From: Bdellovibrionales bacterium
Lineage (GTDB): Bacteria > Bdellovibrionota > Bdellovibrionia > Bdellovibrionales > UBA1609
DNA length: 64,000 bases
Direction of reading: 5' to 3'
NCBI GenBank assembly: GCA_965219095.1
Contig: CBDCMT010000001.1
Location: 480,001 to 544,000, forward strand
Both the position numbers and the translations under genes were made by a program. The notes beneath the pieces were generated by a model that worked only from the letters and a program-made list of their open reading frames with translations, was not told where the DNA came from and searched no databases. Each line of letters opens with the position of its first letter. The stretch's first letter is position 1. This document shows, piece after piece, positions 10,222 through 20,974 of the stretch.

Positions 10222-10884
10222 ATGAAAAGTTTTTTAATATGTTTAACTGCTTTGTTCATTTTAGGTGCTTGTACAAAAACGCCTAAAAAAGATGAAGAAA
10301 AAATAGCGTATTTTATGGGTTACAATTTGGGGGCTACCCTTAAAAAACAAGGCCTTGTGGAAGATGTTCATATGGCTTGTTCTGGTTTAAAGGATGGCTT
10401 TGAGGAGAAAAAGATGAGGACTAATAAAGAAGATGCCGTAATGTCTTTTCAAAACCTCATAAAGGAAAAAAGACAGAAAGATAAAGTTATGGAAGAAAAG
10501 AATAAAAAAAAGGGAGTTGATTTTTTAGCCCAAAATAAAACAAAAAAAGGAGTTAAGGTTACAAAATCAGGACTTCAGTACAAAGTGATCAAAGAGGGGA
10601 CAGGAAAAAAACCAACAGCCAAAAGTCAAATGTCTGTTCATTATAGAGGACGTTTAATTGATGGTAAAGAGTTTGACAGCTCTTATAAGAGGAACAAACC
10701 CAGCAAGTTTACTCTGAATAATGTAATTCCTGGTTGGACAGAAGGCTTTGCCCTTATGAAAGAAGGAGCTCATTATGAACTTTATATTCCTAGTGAACTT
10801 GCTTACGGAGAAAGAAATCTTCCTAACATTCCTGCTAACTCTGTTCTTATTTTTGAGGTTGAATTTTTGAAAATTTTGAAATAA
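10222..10884 (+). CDS. fkpA: FKBP-type peptidyl-prolyl isomerase lipoprotein (Mip/FkpA-like)
   Basis: Lipobox LGAC; SGLQY, VHYRG, FDSS, VIPGWTEG, IPSELAYG. Confidence 0.9.
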   Translation: MKSFLICLTALFILGACTKTPKKDEEKIAYFMGYNLGATLKKQGLVEDVHMACSGLKDGFEEKKMRTNKEDAVMSFQNLIKEKRQKDKVMEEKNKKKGVDFLAQNKTKKGVKVTKSGLQYKVIKEGTGKKPTAKSQMSVHYRGRLIDGKEFDSSYKRNKPSKFTLNNVIPGWTEGFALMKEGAHYELYIPSELAYGERNLPNIPANSVLIFEVEFLKILK

Positions 10885-10905
10885 GTTTTGATATAAAAAA
10901 TCATT

Positions 10906-10932
10906 AAGACCCTCTCTTTTAAAGAGGGTCTT
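10906..10932 (+). terminator. Intrinsic terminator-like hairpin after the FKBP gene
   Basis: AAGACCCTCT/AGAGGGTCTT 10-bp stem. Confidence 0.6.
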
Positions 10933-10936
10933 TGAA

Positions 10937-11695
10937 GTGCTAGGGATAAAACATATGTTTAAAAAAGGACAAACAACCTTTCCTATGACAATTTGTTTAA
11001 TTTTGTTCTTTGTAATGGTTTTACCTGCTAAGGGATTAAAAACAAGTTATTTTTCATTAGAAGGTCAGGCAGGGGATGGGCAAAAAGAAACTTATATTTT
11101 AGTTCCTTGTAAAGGAGACAATTTTCCTCAAAAGTATAGTTGTGACATTTCAAAAAGAAAAAAAGTTTCTCTTAATCAAAGAATAAAAATTCCCTTAGGC
11201 CTCTATTACCTTGTGTACGAAGGTACTCTTAAATTCATTGAAGTGAAACAAAAATCTATGGCTCTATTTCTTGAAACTCTTGAGTTTGAAACTTATGGAG
11301 AGGGCTTTAGTGTGATCGTTGATCTTTTAAGCCCAAGACAACAAAAAAAGTTACTTCTTTTTCTCTGGAGTCATAGTGAAAATCAGTTCCATGAGTGCCA
11401 AAGAAAAAAACATTTAACCCGTGATTCAAAAGATTATTGTTCCTATGTGTTATCTCAAAATTTTCAAGAACATTCTCAATTAGTTAAGTTTACAGAAGAG
11501 GGTCATTGGTGGCTTTTGAGTCTAGATTCTCAAGCGAAAAAAAAGTGGCACTTTTTAGGAAGCCCTCTTGTGAGCCTTGGCAGTAATCGTTATGGGAAAA
11601 CCTTTCTCTCAGTGGTACCGGGAGGTTTTTCCTATAAGGTTATTTTAAAAAAAGAAGGGGCCAATATTTTTTACAAAAAGAGATCAATAAGGTAA
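10937..11695 (+). CDS. Hypothetical exported protein
   Basis: 252-aa ORF with hydrophobic N-terminal segment; no recognised motif. Confidence 0.6.
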   Translation: MLGIKHMFKKGQTTFPMTICLILFFVMVLPAKGLKTSYFSLEGQAGDGQKETYILVPCKGDNFPQKYSCDISKRKKVSLNQRIKIPLGLYYLVYEGTLKFIEVKQKSMALFLETLEFETYGEGFSVIVDLLSPRQQKKLLLFLWSHSENQFHECQRKKHLTRDSKDYCSYVLSQNFQEHSQLVKFTEEGHWWLLSLDSQAKKKWHFLGSPLVSLGSNRYGKTFLSVVPGGFSYKVILKKEGANIFYKKRSIR

Positions 11696-11769
11696 AAATC
11701 TCTAGAAATAATACATTGTGGGGATTTTGTTTAACATAATAACCCGTAACTGTTCAGAAAAATTCTAGT

Positions 11770-12425
11770 TAGTCGAACGTGAAAAATTGACAAAAGCCTA
11801 GGATTTTTATGCTATATGATCTTTATCCCTGTTACTTTCTACTATAGAGGGTTAAATATTTTTTCATAACTTAAACAAAACAGTAGTTTTCAAGAAGGCG
11901 TACAGGCCTTTTAAGCCATTTCAGTGAAAAAAACGAAAAAAGACGCAACCTCTAGCATTAACTTTCTAAAATTTTGAGAAGCTCCTGATAAAAGACAATT
12001 AATAGCATCCCCTTGTGATCCTAATAAAAAGTTCCTTCCCATACGAGAATCTATTTTCATATGACCAATGATTGCCTCAACTGAACTTCTTCTTCTGTGA
12101 AGTTTTCTTTTGTAGGGACTTAATGTTTTACTCATTCCCCCAATATGAACATTAACTCCCGAAGGATGATGCTCTTTGCCACGATAACCTTTATCTACAT
12201 ACAAATTTTTTGCCTTAACCTTTGTTAAGGATTCAACTTGAGATAAGGCTGGCTTTAAACTGTGAACATCTGATACATTTTTTTCAAATGACTTTACCCC
12301 TAAAACCCAGCAATTTTTTGATGAAGTTGCCACACTCACCTTATTGCCAAATTCATATTTTTTATGGGCTTTGCCCTTCCCTATACAATAAACCTCAGGA
12401 GCATGAACACTATACACCTTGTTCT
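11770..12425 (-). mobile_element. IS5-family remnant (3' half of transposase plus right end)
   Basis: VYSVHAPEVYCIGKGKAHKKYEFGNK and RRRSSVEAIIGHMK; end TAGTCGAACGTGAAAAA; 5' part lost at the MITE. Confidence 0.8.
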
Positions 12426-12427
12426 TA

Positions 12428-12516
12428 TACCAATTACAGAAATTAATTCGACGGTAAATCAAAAAGCCAGGAGGCTATGCGTTAAAAGAATATCGAATTA
12501 ATTTTTGGAAATGGTA
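12428..12516. mobile_element. 89-bp MITE derived from IS630 lineage A
   Basis: Both IS630-A termini joined, TA on each side. Confidence 0.85.
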
Positions 12517-12754
12517 TAAGATAGGGTTTTGCCACCCATACCTAATTCACCTCAGATGAAAATGAGCCTGTAAATTAAATTGTGTAACTGAAGATAATAC
12601 ACTGCAATAGGAATATTGCAATAGGAGTACTGCATTAAGCTGTAGTATTTTTAAAATAAATTGAAGGTTAAATTGTAATAGATTATTTGTTCTTCTAGCT
12701 CAAAAAGATGGAAAAATCTTGAAATGGAATGATTAGTCATTTATTGTACAAATT

Positions 12755-13534
12755 ATGCCAGTTTCTAATGAATCTTGGAAAAAAATTTTCAAAGATCACG
12801 AAATATCAAACTATGATTTTAATAAAAGTCCATTCAAATTTTCGGCCGCTCAGATTAAGAAGTCCTGTCAGGATTTCAAAAAAACAGCAGAAAAGGAACC
12901 TCGCCTATTGTGCAAGCAAGATACGAGAGAAGATCGTCCTGATATTTTTAACAACAATCATAATTTATTTCTGCTCCCAGTAAAAAATGGCCTTTATAAT
13001 ATTATAAAGGGCGAGGGCTACGTTGATATACCTTCCATACAAGGAGATCCTGTTTCGTATGAGTCAACACTTGATTTTCCATTAGACACTTCAAAAATTG
13101 GCAACTCTGAGATGCAGCATTTAGACTACGCCTATGCCACCGGTCTCATAAAGCACTTTGTTGAAAATGAAACTTTAGTCTTAACTGTCAGAGGAAGAAA
13201 ATTCATTCCAAAATTTTCTTTTAACGTTGGAAAACATGAAATCAATGTTTCCAGTGTCCAAACAGAAGTAGATGCAGGATATGAGGGAAAAGATAAATTA
13301 GTTCTTATTGAATCTAAAAATACTAATGCAACTAACACAATAATCAGGCAACTTTTTTATCCCTTTCGTAAATGGAGTCAACATACTCAGAAAAAGATAA
13401 TAACTTTATTCTTTCATAGAAGTAAAGACGATATTTATTCTGTATGGCAGTTTGTATTTAAAGATCCTCAAGATTATAACAGCATAGAGCTTAAAAAGAA
13501 GCGAAAATTCAAAATAATTGACCATGGAAATTAA
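12755..13534 (+). CDS. Putative type II restriction endonuclease (PD-(D/E)xK, DUF6996/DUF6997-like)
   Basis: QTEVDAGYEG...LIESK nuclease motif; overlaps an adenine methyltransferase gene. Confidence 0.7.
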   Translation: MPVSNESWKKIFKDHEISNYDFNKSPFKFSAAQIKKSCQDFKKTAEKEPRLLCKQDTREDRPDIFNNNHNLFLLPVKNGLYNIIKGEGYVDIPSIQGDPVSYESTLDFPLDTSKIGNSEMQHLDYAYATGLIKHFVENETLVLTVRGRKFIPKFSFNVGKHEINVSSVQTEVDAGYEGKDKLVLIESKNTNATNTIIRQLFYPFRKWSQHTQKKIITLFFHRSKDDIYSVWQFVFKDPQDYNSIELKKKRKFKIIDHGN

Positions 13535-14489
13535 ACAGACTTTATTTGAATTAAAAGGCATTTCTCAAAAAGAATATTGGAGGTATAACGCTTCTCCTAT
13601 CTTAAAATGGGCTGGTGGAAAATCACAGCTTTTGCCTGTTATAAGAAAGAATTATCCATTTGAATTAAAAAATAATAAAATAAAAATCTTTATTGAGCCT
13701 TTTGTAGGAGGGGGGGCTGTTTATTTTGATATTATAAATAAGTTTAATATAGATTCAGCTTACTTATTTGATACCAATTACGAATTAGTCATTGTTTATA
13801 ATTCAGTAAAAATGTCACCTAAAAGAGTTATCAGAGAACTAAGAGAGTTGGAAACAGCTTATCTTTCTCAAAATGAGAACATACAGAAAAAAATGTATTA
13901 TAAAGTTAGAGAAGATTATAATAAGTCTTTAAAGAAAGTCATAGCTAAACTCAAGAACAGTTCCAATATGCCAAAAAGGGCAGCTCAGACTTTGTTTTTA
14001 AATAGAACCTGTTTTAATGGCCTTTTTAGAGTCAACTCAAAAGGTTTTTTTAATGTTCCTCATGGGAGTTATAAAAACCCTAAAATTCTTCATGAAACAA
14101 ATATTATGAATGCCTCAAGAGCCTTACAGAAAGCAGATATTTTACATGGAGATTTTTCTCAAGCCTCTAAATACATAACTAAAAACACATTTGTTTATTA
14201 TGACCCGCCATATAGACCAGTAAGCAAAACCTCTAGTTTTAACTCATATTCAAAAGAATCTTTTGATGATAACGAGCAAATCAGGCTTTCCAATTTTTTT
14301 AAAAAAATGGATAAAAAAAATATTAAACAAATGTTAAGCAATTCAGACCCTAAAAATTATATTGAGGACATATTTTTTGACGACTTATATTGTGGTTATC
14401 AAATTAGAAGAGTTCATGCTAAAAGATATATTAATTCTGATCCGAGTAAACGGGGGAACCTCACTGAGTTGTTGATAAAAAATTATTAA
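13518..14489 (+). CDS. Dam-family (D12 class) N6-adenine DNA methyltransferase
   Basis: KWAGGK, EPFVGGGAV, NRTCFNGLFRVN, DPPY; likely start ATG 13524. Confidence 0.92.
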   Translation: MTMEIKQTLFELKGISQKEYWRYNASPILKWAGGKSQLLPVIRKNYPFELKNNKIKIFIEPFVGGGAVYFDIINKFNIDSAYLFDTNYELVIVYNSVKMSPKRVIRELRELETAYLSQNENIQKKMYYKVREDYNKSLKKVIAKLKNSSNMPKRAAQTLFLNRTCFNGLFRVNSKGFFNVPHGSYKNPKILHETNIMNASRALQKADILHGDFSQASKYITKNTFVYYDPPYRPVSKTSSFNSYSKESFDDNEQIRLSNFFKKMDKKNIKQMLSNSDPKNYIEDIFFDDLYCGYQIRRVHAKRYINSDPSKRGNLTELLIKNY

Positions 14490-14493
14490 AAAA

Positions 14494-14517
14494 GGCTCCT
14501 CCCGGGAATCTGTGGGT
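14494..14517 (+). mobile_element. Isolated ISL3 left-end scar
   Basis: GGCTCCTCCCGGGAATCTGTGGGT identical to the ISL3 end at 38799-38822 (rc). Confidence 0.75.
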
Positions 14518-14715
14518 AAAAGGAAAAGAAAGCGGGAAATATCTTTAAAACTTCTGCACAAGCTCAAAAAGCGACACAGTTTATCTTAGATAACATCAAA
14601 AGAACTAGGCTTTCAGCCTAGTTCTTTTTTTACTTTTTCCTTTTTTTCTCTTCTTTTTGTTTAAACTATGATATTCCTCTACGACACCTTTTTTTATCAT
14701 CATACGAAATAAAGT

Positions 14716-16077
14716 GAGATTGTCCGTAAAGTCGTTAGGGTTTGAAGAAGGGGCTCCCCTGAGCTAAACTCAGGGTATTATAAACAAACCAAAAAGGAGC
14801 CCCAAATGAAAGATACACAATATCAATCCCAGTTACAAATGGTAAAAAATAAACATGAGAAGATTCGCCAGCTTATTGCTATGCAGCTTGAAGGAGCAGC
14901 GCTGAAATTAGTCCATGATCTTTTCCAAGAGGAAGTAAAAAGACTCTGCGGAAAGCCCTTTTCCCACAAAAAGTCAGAGGGTCTCTGTCACAGAGGAGGA
15001 AGTGGGAAAGGATCTGTTATTCTTCAAGGACAGAGGATAAGAGTTCAACGTCCTCGTCTTAGAAAAAACAAAGAGGAAGTTCCTCTGGAGAGTTATACAG
15101 TTCTCCAGAGCTTTGATCTTCTCTGTGAAGATGTAATGAGGGCTATGCTTTTAGGAGTCAGCACCAGAAACTATGAGCCTTTACAAAGGAAGTTCAGACG
15201 GCTTAGGTTTAAAAAAATCCTCTGTCAGTAAAGCTTTCAAGATGAGTTGTCAAAAGTCTTTGGAAGCCATTCAGTCTCGGAATCTTTCACAAGAAAGTTT
15301 CGTGGCTTTAATGATTGACGGCATTGAATTTTCAAAAAGAACAGTGATTTGCGTTCTTGGAATTACAAGTGAAGGAAAAAAGATGATTTTAGGTCTCAGA
15401 GAAGGCTCTACAGAGAACGCTGTCATCGTGACAGACCTCTTGCAAAATCTTATAGAACGTGGTCTTCCACAAGATAGCAAAAAACTGTTTGTGACTGACG
15501 GAAGCAAAGCTCTTCGCAAATCCATCAATGATGTTTTTGGACAGAACTCTTTGGTTCAAAGATGCATTCATCATAAGGAGAGGAATATCCTCTCCTATCT
15601 TCCCAAAGAAAAGCACTTAGAGTTTAAAAGACGTTGGAAAAAACTTCATGGATTGGAAGATTATGAAAGTGCTAAAAAAGAACATGATAGTCTTCTGAAG
15701 TGGCTTAAAAAAATAAGCTCTGAAGCTTCAGAAAGTCTTAAAGAAGCCCATTTAGAAACATTGACAGTCCTTCGTTTAAAAACTCCTCCTCTTTTACGAA
15801 AGACTTTAAGCTCTACGAACCCAATAGAAAGTGCCTTCTCTATCGTTCGTCAACAAACAGGAAGAGTGAAGAATTGGAAAAAAATCCTCGACAAATCTCC
15901 TTATGGGTCGCAGCTTCCTTGTTACATGTCGAGAAAAAATTTCGCACTATCAGGGGACATAAACAAATCCCTCTATTTATAGAAGAAATAAATAAAATAA
16001 CCCTTGAAAAACAAATGGAGATAGCTTAATTATGAAAAAGTCCCTTCTGAAACCCTAACGGGATTACGGACATCCTC
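14716..16077 (+). mobile_element. IS256-family element, frameshifted transposase (ORFs 14806-15231 and 15173-15982)
   Basis: GVSTR, LMIDG, VTDGSKAL, QRCIHHKERN, STNPIES; imperfect ~36-bp TIRs GAGATTGTCCGTAA../..TTACGGACATCCTC. Confidence 0.9.
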
Positions 16078-16423
16078 AAATAATGGCTAAATGTTTTTCA
16101 TCATAAATTTCTTTTAGCTTTTCAACAAGTATATCAATAACTGGTGGTTCTTTTATTCCTTTAAATAGAGCCTTTGGGCTTTTTAAAATCTTTTGTGCTT
16201 TAAGATCGTTAATACCTATAGTGTAGAATAAAATTCTCACCCATGTAACTATTTGCCCTTTACCGTTTTTCTTCATGTAGGTCAGCGTACTTTTTCTCTT
16301 ACTTACAGTGTTAGCTAATTTTACTAATTTCCCATGATTGTTAGCGTGAAAAGTCAAAATCTCTTTCAAAAAATTAGAGACAAGCTTATTCCATTCTTTA
16401 TCTGATAAGGAGTTTTTTCTCAT
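16076..16423 (-). pseudogene. Hypothetical protein truncated by IS256
   Basis: Stop codon supplied by the IS256 end; possible C-terminus near 14617-14715. Confidence 0.5.
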
Positions 16424-16445
16424 AAAATTTCCTTTTATATTTTAA

Positions 16446-17859
16446 CACCATTTCCAAAAATTAATTCGACATTTTTTTAACTCATTGCGTCCTGGCTTTT
16501 TGATAAAACTCTGTTAAATTTTTAGAGTCATGTCGAAAAAAGATTTAGTTACACAGATTCAAGGGTATGATTTTCTGGCTACTTACAAAGTGGAAAGAAA
16601 TCCCAATATCAAGATAAAACTCCAAGCTTTGCAGCATATGCAAGACGGAAAATCGATTCAAGAAACAGCAGGTATAGTTTTCTATCATCGTCACAGTATC
16701 AAATCCTGGTTACAGTCTTTTTTTGTAGACTTTGATTACGAGGGATTGATAGATCGAGAAGGCAGAGGACGCAAGCCTCGTTTGCCAGTGACAGAAGAGG
16801 AGAACTTCAAAATCAAGTTAGATGAAATTCAAGACAAAAGAGAGGGAGGAAGCATAGGAGCAAAGGGAATACAGAAACTTTTAGCAGATGAATTTAACTG
16901 TTGCTATTCTCTTTCTGGGGTTTATGTTTCTTTAGACCGCCTTAATATTGTATGGATCAGTGGTCGTTCTCTTCATCCTAAAAGTTCATTAAGAAGCTAT
17001 GGAACAGTTTAAGGAACATTTTCCAGAAGAGGTGGAGAAAATAAAAGAAAAGATTCAGACTCATAAAATAGAGATTTGGTGGCAGGATGAATGCAGAATA
17101 AGCTCAGCAAGGTTCTTTGAGCAGGATTTGGGCAAGAAAAGGCACACGGCCTAGAGTGGTGAGACAAAGACAATTTTTATCCACTTATATTTTTGGAGCA
17201 GTTTGTCCGGATAGAGATAAAGGCTGTGCTTGGATTTTACCGGAATGTAATTCAGGGATGATGCAAATTCACTTAGATGAGATATCTAAAAATATTCAAG
17301 AAAACTATCATGGAATTGTTTTAATGGACAGAGCCAGTTGGCATACCACAGAGACTTTGATAGTTCCTAAGAATTTATCCCTGATGCCTTTACCTCCTTA
17401 TAGTCCAGAATTAAATCCCATGGAACAAGTCTGGCAACAATTACGAAGGATCAAATTATCGAATGCATGTTTTAAAAACTATGACCATATAGTGAATACT
17501 TGTTGTGAGGCCTGGAATACTTTTTGCGATCAGGAGGGCAGGATTAAAAAATTATGCACTCGATCTTGGGGAAAACAACAAGATGAATCAAGCTTGTAAA
17601 TTAATTTGAACCTATAAATTAAATTGTGTAACTGATTTTTGTCATTTTAAATTTTAACCTCACTTTTTTACACTTATTTTAACCCATCAATCGATTCACA
17701 CAACAAATAGATATACCTGAAATAAACTTATCTTATGAAAACTTAACCTCCCCTCAAAAGAAGTTTTTTTAAAACCTCCTAACTGAAACTTTTCCTTAAG
17801 TCAATTTTAAAATTTTAAATTTGAACATGAAAATGTCGAATTAATTTCTGTAATTGGTA
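16446..17859 (+). mobile_element. IS630 lineage A, frameshifted copy (ORFs 16530-17012 and 17117-17599)
   Basis: Same protein as 31825-32889; TIRs ..ACCATTTCCAAAAATTAATTCGAC / GTCGAATTAATTTCTGTAATTGGTA. Confidence 0.92.
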
Positions 17860-17879
17860 TAACCTCCCCTCTTTTTTTG

Positions 17880-17905
17880 CCCAAGGTATCATATGATACC
17901 TTGGG
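17880..17905. terminator. Perfect 26-bp palindrome just downstream of secF
   Basis: CCCAAGGTATCAT-ATGATACCTTGGG followed by a T run on +. Confidence 0.55.
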
Positions 17906-17910
17906 TTTTT

Positions 17911-18858
17911 TTAAGTTTTCTTTACAGAAGTCTGAAATTTAAAAATCCAATAAACAAGAGGTGTAGCAATATAAATAGAAGAAAAAGTTCCCACAATTAC
18001 TCCCACAATCAAAGTAAAAGCTACGTCCCTAATCACACCGTCAGCAAGGAGAAACATGGTTATAACAGCAATAAGAGTTGTAATCGATGTAAGCAGTGAG
18101 CGGGATAAAACTTGATTTAAAGACAAGTTCATAACCTTTTTAAGACCCCAATTAGTTTGTACCTCTAAATTCTCTCTTATCCTATCGAAAGTTACAATCG
18201 TATCATTGAGAGAGTAACCAATAATAGTTAGAATGGCAGCCAAGGTTTGAAGATTGATCTCTTGATTTAATAAAACCAAAACTCCTAAAGTGATTAAGGT
18301 ATCATGAATCAAGCACATAACTGAACTAACAGCATAATTAAAATCAAACCTTAAGCCAATATAAATCAAGATGATCAAAAAAGCGTAAAAAACAGCTAAC
18401 AAACCGTTTTTTTTCAACTTCTCCCCTATTTGAGGCCCTACTGTATCCACACGTCCTAGGGTTAAACCTTCATAGTTAGAAGAAAGGCCTTTGACCATAG
18501 AACTCACCATAGCTTGGAGTTCTAAATTCAATTTTCTCTGATCTTTTTTTTCTTTAAGATTTCCTAAACCTGTAAGACGAATTAAAAATTCTTTTCCATC
18601 CTCTCCTATTTTTTGAATCACAGGTTGAGCTTTCATATACTTTAAAATTTCTTTTTTTAGATCGCTAGATTTTTGAGTACTTCGAAATTGAATTTGAACC
18701 TCTGTACCCCCTACGAAATCAATGCCATAGGAAAGGCCTCTCTGAGCTATTAGATAAATGGCTATTAACATGAAAATTGAGGATAAAAGGCTTACATAAC
18801 GACCTGTTGTTAAGAAATCAAAATATCTATCTTGTTGTCGGACTCTCTTTTCTTTCAT
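17911..18858 (-). CDS. secF: Protein translocase subunit SecF
   Basis: GIDFVGG, VGPQIG, GYSLNDTIVTFDRIREN. Confidence 0.96.
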   Translation of the reverse strand: MKEKRVRQQDRYFDFLTTGRYVSLLSSIFMLIAIYLIAQRGLSYGIDFVGGTEVQIQFRSTQKSSDLKKEILKYMKAQPVIQKIGEDGKEFLIRLTGLGNLKEKKDQRKLNLELQAMVSSMVKGLSSNYEGLTLGRVDTVGPQIGEKLKKNGLLAVFYAFLIILIYIGLRFDFNYAVSSVMCLIHDTLITLGVLVLLNQEINLQTLAAILTIIGYSLNDTIVTFDRIRENLEVQTNWGLKKVMNLSLNQVLSRSLLTSITTLIAVITMFLLADGVIRDVAFTLIVGVIVGTFSSIYIATPLVYWIFKFQTSVKKT

Positions 18859-18904
18859 CTTCTATCTCTCAATTTAATTTCTTCCAAGCTTTTCTCTTAT
18901 TTCT

Positions 18905-20605
18905 TTAAATGATCTTCTTAAGTCCCATTTTATGAATTAAAGTTTCAATCACAGTTCGAGATACAAAAATAGCTGTGAACATGGATGTAATCAAACCACA
19001 CATTAAAGTGACAGCGAAACCCCTAATAGGACCTGTTCCAAAATACATAAGTACAATACACACAGCTGCCGTTGTGACATTAGCATCAAAAATAGCTGAA
19101 AAAGCCTGAGAAAAACCATCTCGTACAGCAATAGCTTGACTGGCTCCCTTTTTCAATTCTTCTTTGATCCTTTCAAAAATGATCACATTAGCATCCACTG
19201 CCATACCCATAGTTAAAATAATACCCGCAACCCCTGGCAAAGTCAGAGTAGCACCTAAAGAAGTTAAAATAGCTAGAATCAAAATCACATTAATCGTTAA
19301 AGCCACATCCGCTATAATCCCTAACTTACGGTAATACATAAGAAGAAAAAGGAAGATCAAAATTCCTGCCACAAGCCCTGCACGTTTACCTTTCGCAATA
19401 GATACATAACCTAAAGTAGGACCTACTGTTTTTTCTTCTAAGGGTTCTAAAGGTATCGGCAAAGCACCTACTCTTAAAATCGTAGCTAAAAAATAAGCCT
19501 CATCTCTGAGTTTTTCTGGATTATCACTGCTTCCTAAGGTAATACTTCCTGTAGCTCTAATTGCTGTTTGTATGGCAGGAGCTGATATGACAACTAAGTC
19601 TAAAACAATAGCCATTTGCTTTTGGACATTCTTACTTGTAAGAGCATACATTCTACGCCCACCTTCTGCTGTGAGTTTAAAGTTAACAAGAGGCATATTG
19701 AACCGTTCAGAATCATAGCCAACCTGAGCCGATTCTAAATACTCACCCGTAATCTCAGCATAAGATTGTACAAGATAGGGAATTTTCCCCTCCTCTAATC
19801 TGTCAACTCCAGAAACTTTCCCAAACAAAATAGAATAGCCCTTAGGAAGATGACTTTTTAAATTTTTATTGATTCTTTTTACATATTTTTTATAAGTCAT
19901 AGAGTCTTTACCTAAAGAGTAAGACCCTTTTTGTTCCACTTCATTGACCATAGAAATAAGTTTTTGAGTTTCAATCTCATCTGATACTATACGAAACTCT
20001 AACAAGGCTGTGCTGTTGATAAGCTCTTTTACTCTCTCTGTATCTTTCACTCCAGGAAATTGCACCACAACACGACTATCACCTTGAGAAGAAATATTAG
20101 GCTCTGTCACACCAAACTCATCAACTCGGTTTCTGATCACTTCCACAGCTTGCTGGACAGCACGTTTTTTAAAATCATTGAGATCTAAAAACCTGTATGT
20201 CAAAGTCTGAGATGTTTCCTCAATGAGTTGAAGGGTATAAAAAATATCATACTCAGGATCTTTGACAAATTGCTTCACCCTTTTAAGATCTTCAAATGTT
20301 TTTAATATAAGTTTAAGTCGCCTTCCTTGATCTAAAACTTTTGTTTCAAAACTAGGAAACCCTTCCATCTTTGCTCTTTTTTGAAAATCTTCAGCAAAGT
20401 TGAGAGCTTTTTTCTCAATGACTCCTTGCACATCAGCCTGTAGTACTAAATGAAGTCCCCCTTGAATGTCGAGACCATAATTGATCGTTTTCTTAGAAAA
20501 CAACCATTGTTCCGGCACTTGCACAAAATTAGGAGTTATATAAACCAAAGCAATCACGAAAATGACAATAATAAAAATTACACGTTGTTTAAGAAAACCA
20601 ATCAT
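18905..20605 (-). CDS. secD: Protein translocase subunit SecD
   Basis: GLDIQGG, RNRVDEFGVTEP, GMAVDANVIIFERIKEE. Confidence 0.96.
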   Translation of the reverse strand: MIGFLKQRVIFIIVIFVIALVYITPNFVQVPEQWLFSKKTINYGLDIQGGLHLVLQADVQGVIEKKALNFAEDFQKRAKMEGFPSFETKVLDQGRRLKLILKTFEDLKRVKQFVKDPEYDIFYTLQLIEETSQTLTYRFLDLNDFKKRAVQQAVEVIRNRVDEFGVTEPNISSQGDSRVVVQFPGVKDTERVKELINSTALLEFRIVSDEIETQKLISMVNEVEQKGSYSLGKDSMTYKKYVKRINKNLKSHLPKGYSILFGKVSGVDRLEEGKIPYLVQSYAEITGEYLESAQVGYDSERFNMPLVNFKLTAEGGRRMYALTSKNVQKQMAIVLDLVVISAPAIQTAIRATGSITLGSSDNPEKLRDEAYFLATILRVGALPIPLEPLEEKTVGPTLGYVSIAKGKRAGLVAGILIFLFLLMYYRKLGIIADVALTINVILILAILTSLGATLTLPGVAGIILTMGMAVDANVIIFERIKEELKKGASQAIAVRDGFSQAFSAIFDANVTTAAVCIVLMYFGTGPIRGFAVTLMCGLITSMFTAIFVSRTVIETLIHKMGLKKII

Positions 20606-20967
20606 GAAGACTTCTTCTTTTTTACCATCTCTTTAGCAGGCCCCATAATCTGAGTTTTTAACATTCTTATATTAACATTTTCATCGATTCTTAAAATAAC
20701 ATACTGAGGGGTCACTCCCATAACTCTTGCAAAAATTCCACTTGTTGTGATCACCTCATCTCCCTTTTTTAACTCGTTAATGAACTTATACTGTTGCTTT
20801 GTTTTTTTTGCTTGAGGTCTTAAAACTAAAAAATAAAAGATAAAAAAGATACCCCCTATAAGAAGCATTTGATCCCAAAACATCTGTCCCTTAGAAGGAG
20901 TTTTCTCTGCCCAACAAGGAGGAGATAAAAAAAACAACATAAAACCAAAAACTTTTTCCATAACCAT
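20602..20967 (-). CDS. yajC: Preprotein translocase subunit YajC
   Basis: FYFLVLRPQ, LKKGDEVITTSGI; located between tgt and secD. Confidence 0.93.
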   Translation of the reverse strand: MVMEKVFGFMLFFLSPPCWAEKTPSKGQMFWDQMLLIGGIFFIFYFLVLRPQAKKTKQQYKFINELKKGDEVITTSGIFARVMGVTPQYVILRIDENVNIRMLKTQIMGPAKEMVKKKKSS

Positions 20968-20974
20968 AATAGAG

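Noticed and set aside
12601..12634. 2.5 x 14-bp tandem (TGCAATAGGA) upstream of the REase as a controller-protein operator
   Set aside because: No controller gene present and the repeat is too short to interpret
14624..14648. Reverse-complement match to the A-rich tail of the IS110 non-coding end
   Set aside because: Low-complexity sequence, plausibly Lys codons of a split gene
14707..16086. Target-site duplication of IS256
   Set aside because: Flanks AAATAAAGT and AAATAATGG match only 7 of 9, so the split gene cannot be confidently rejoined
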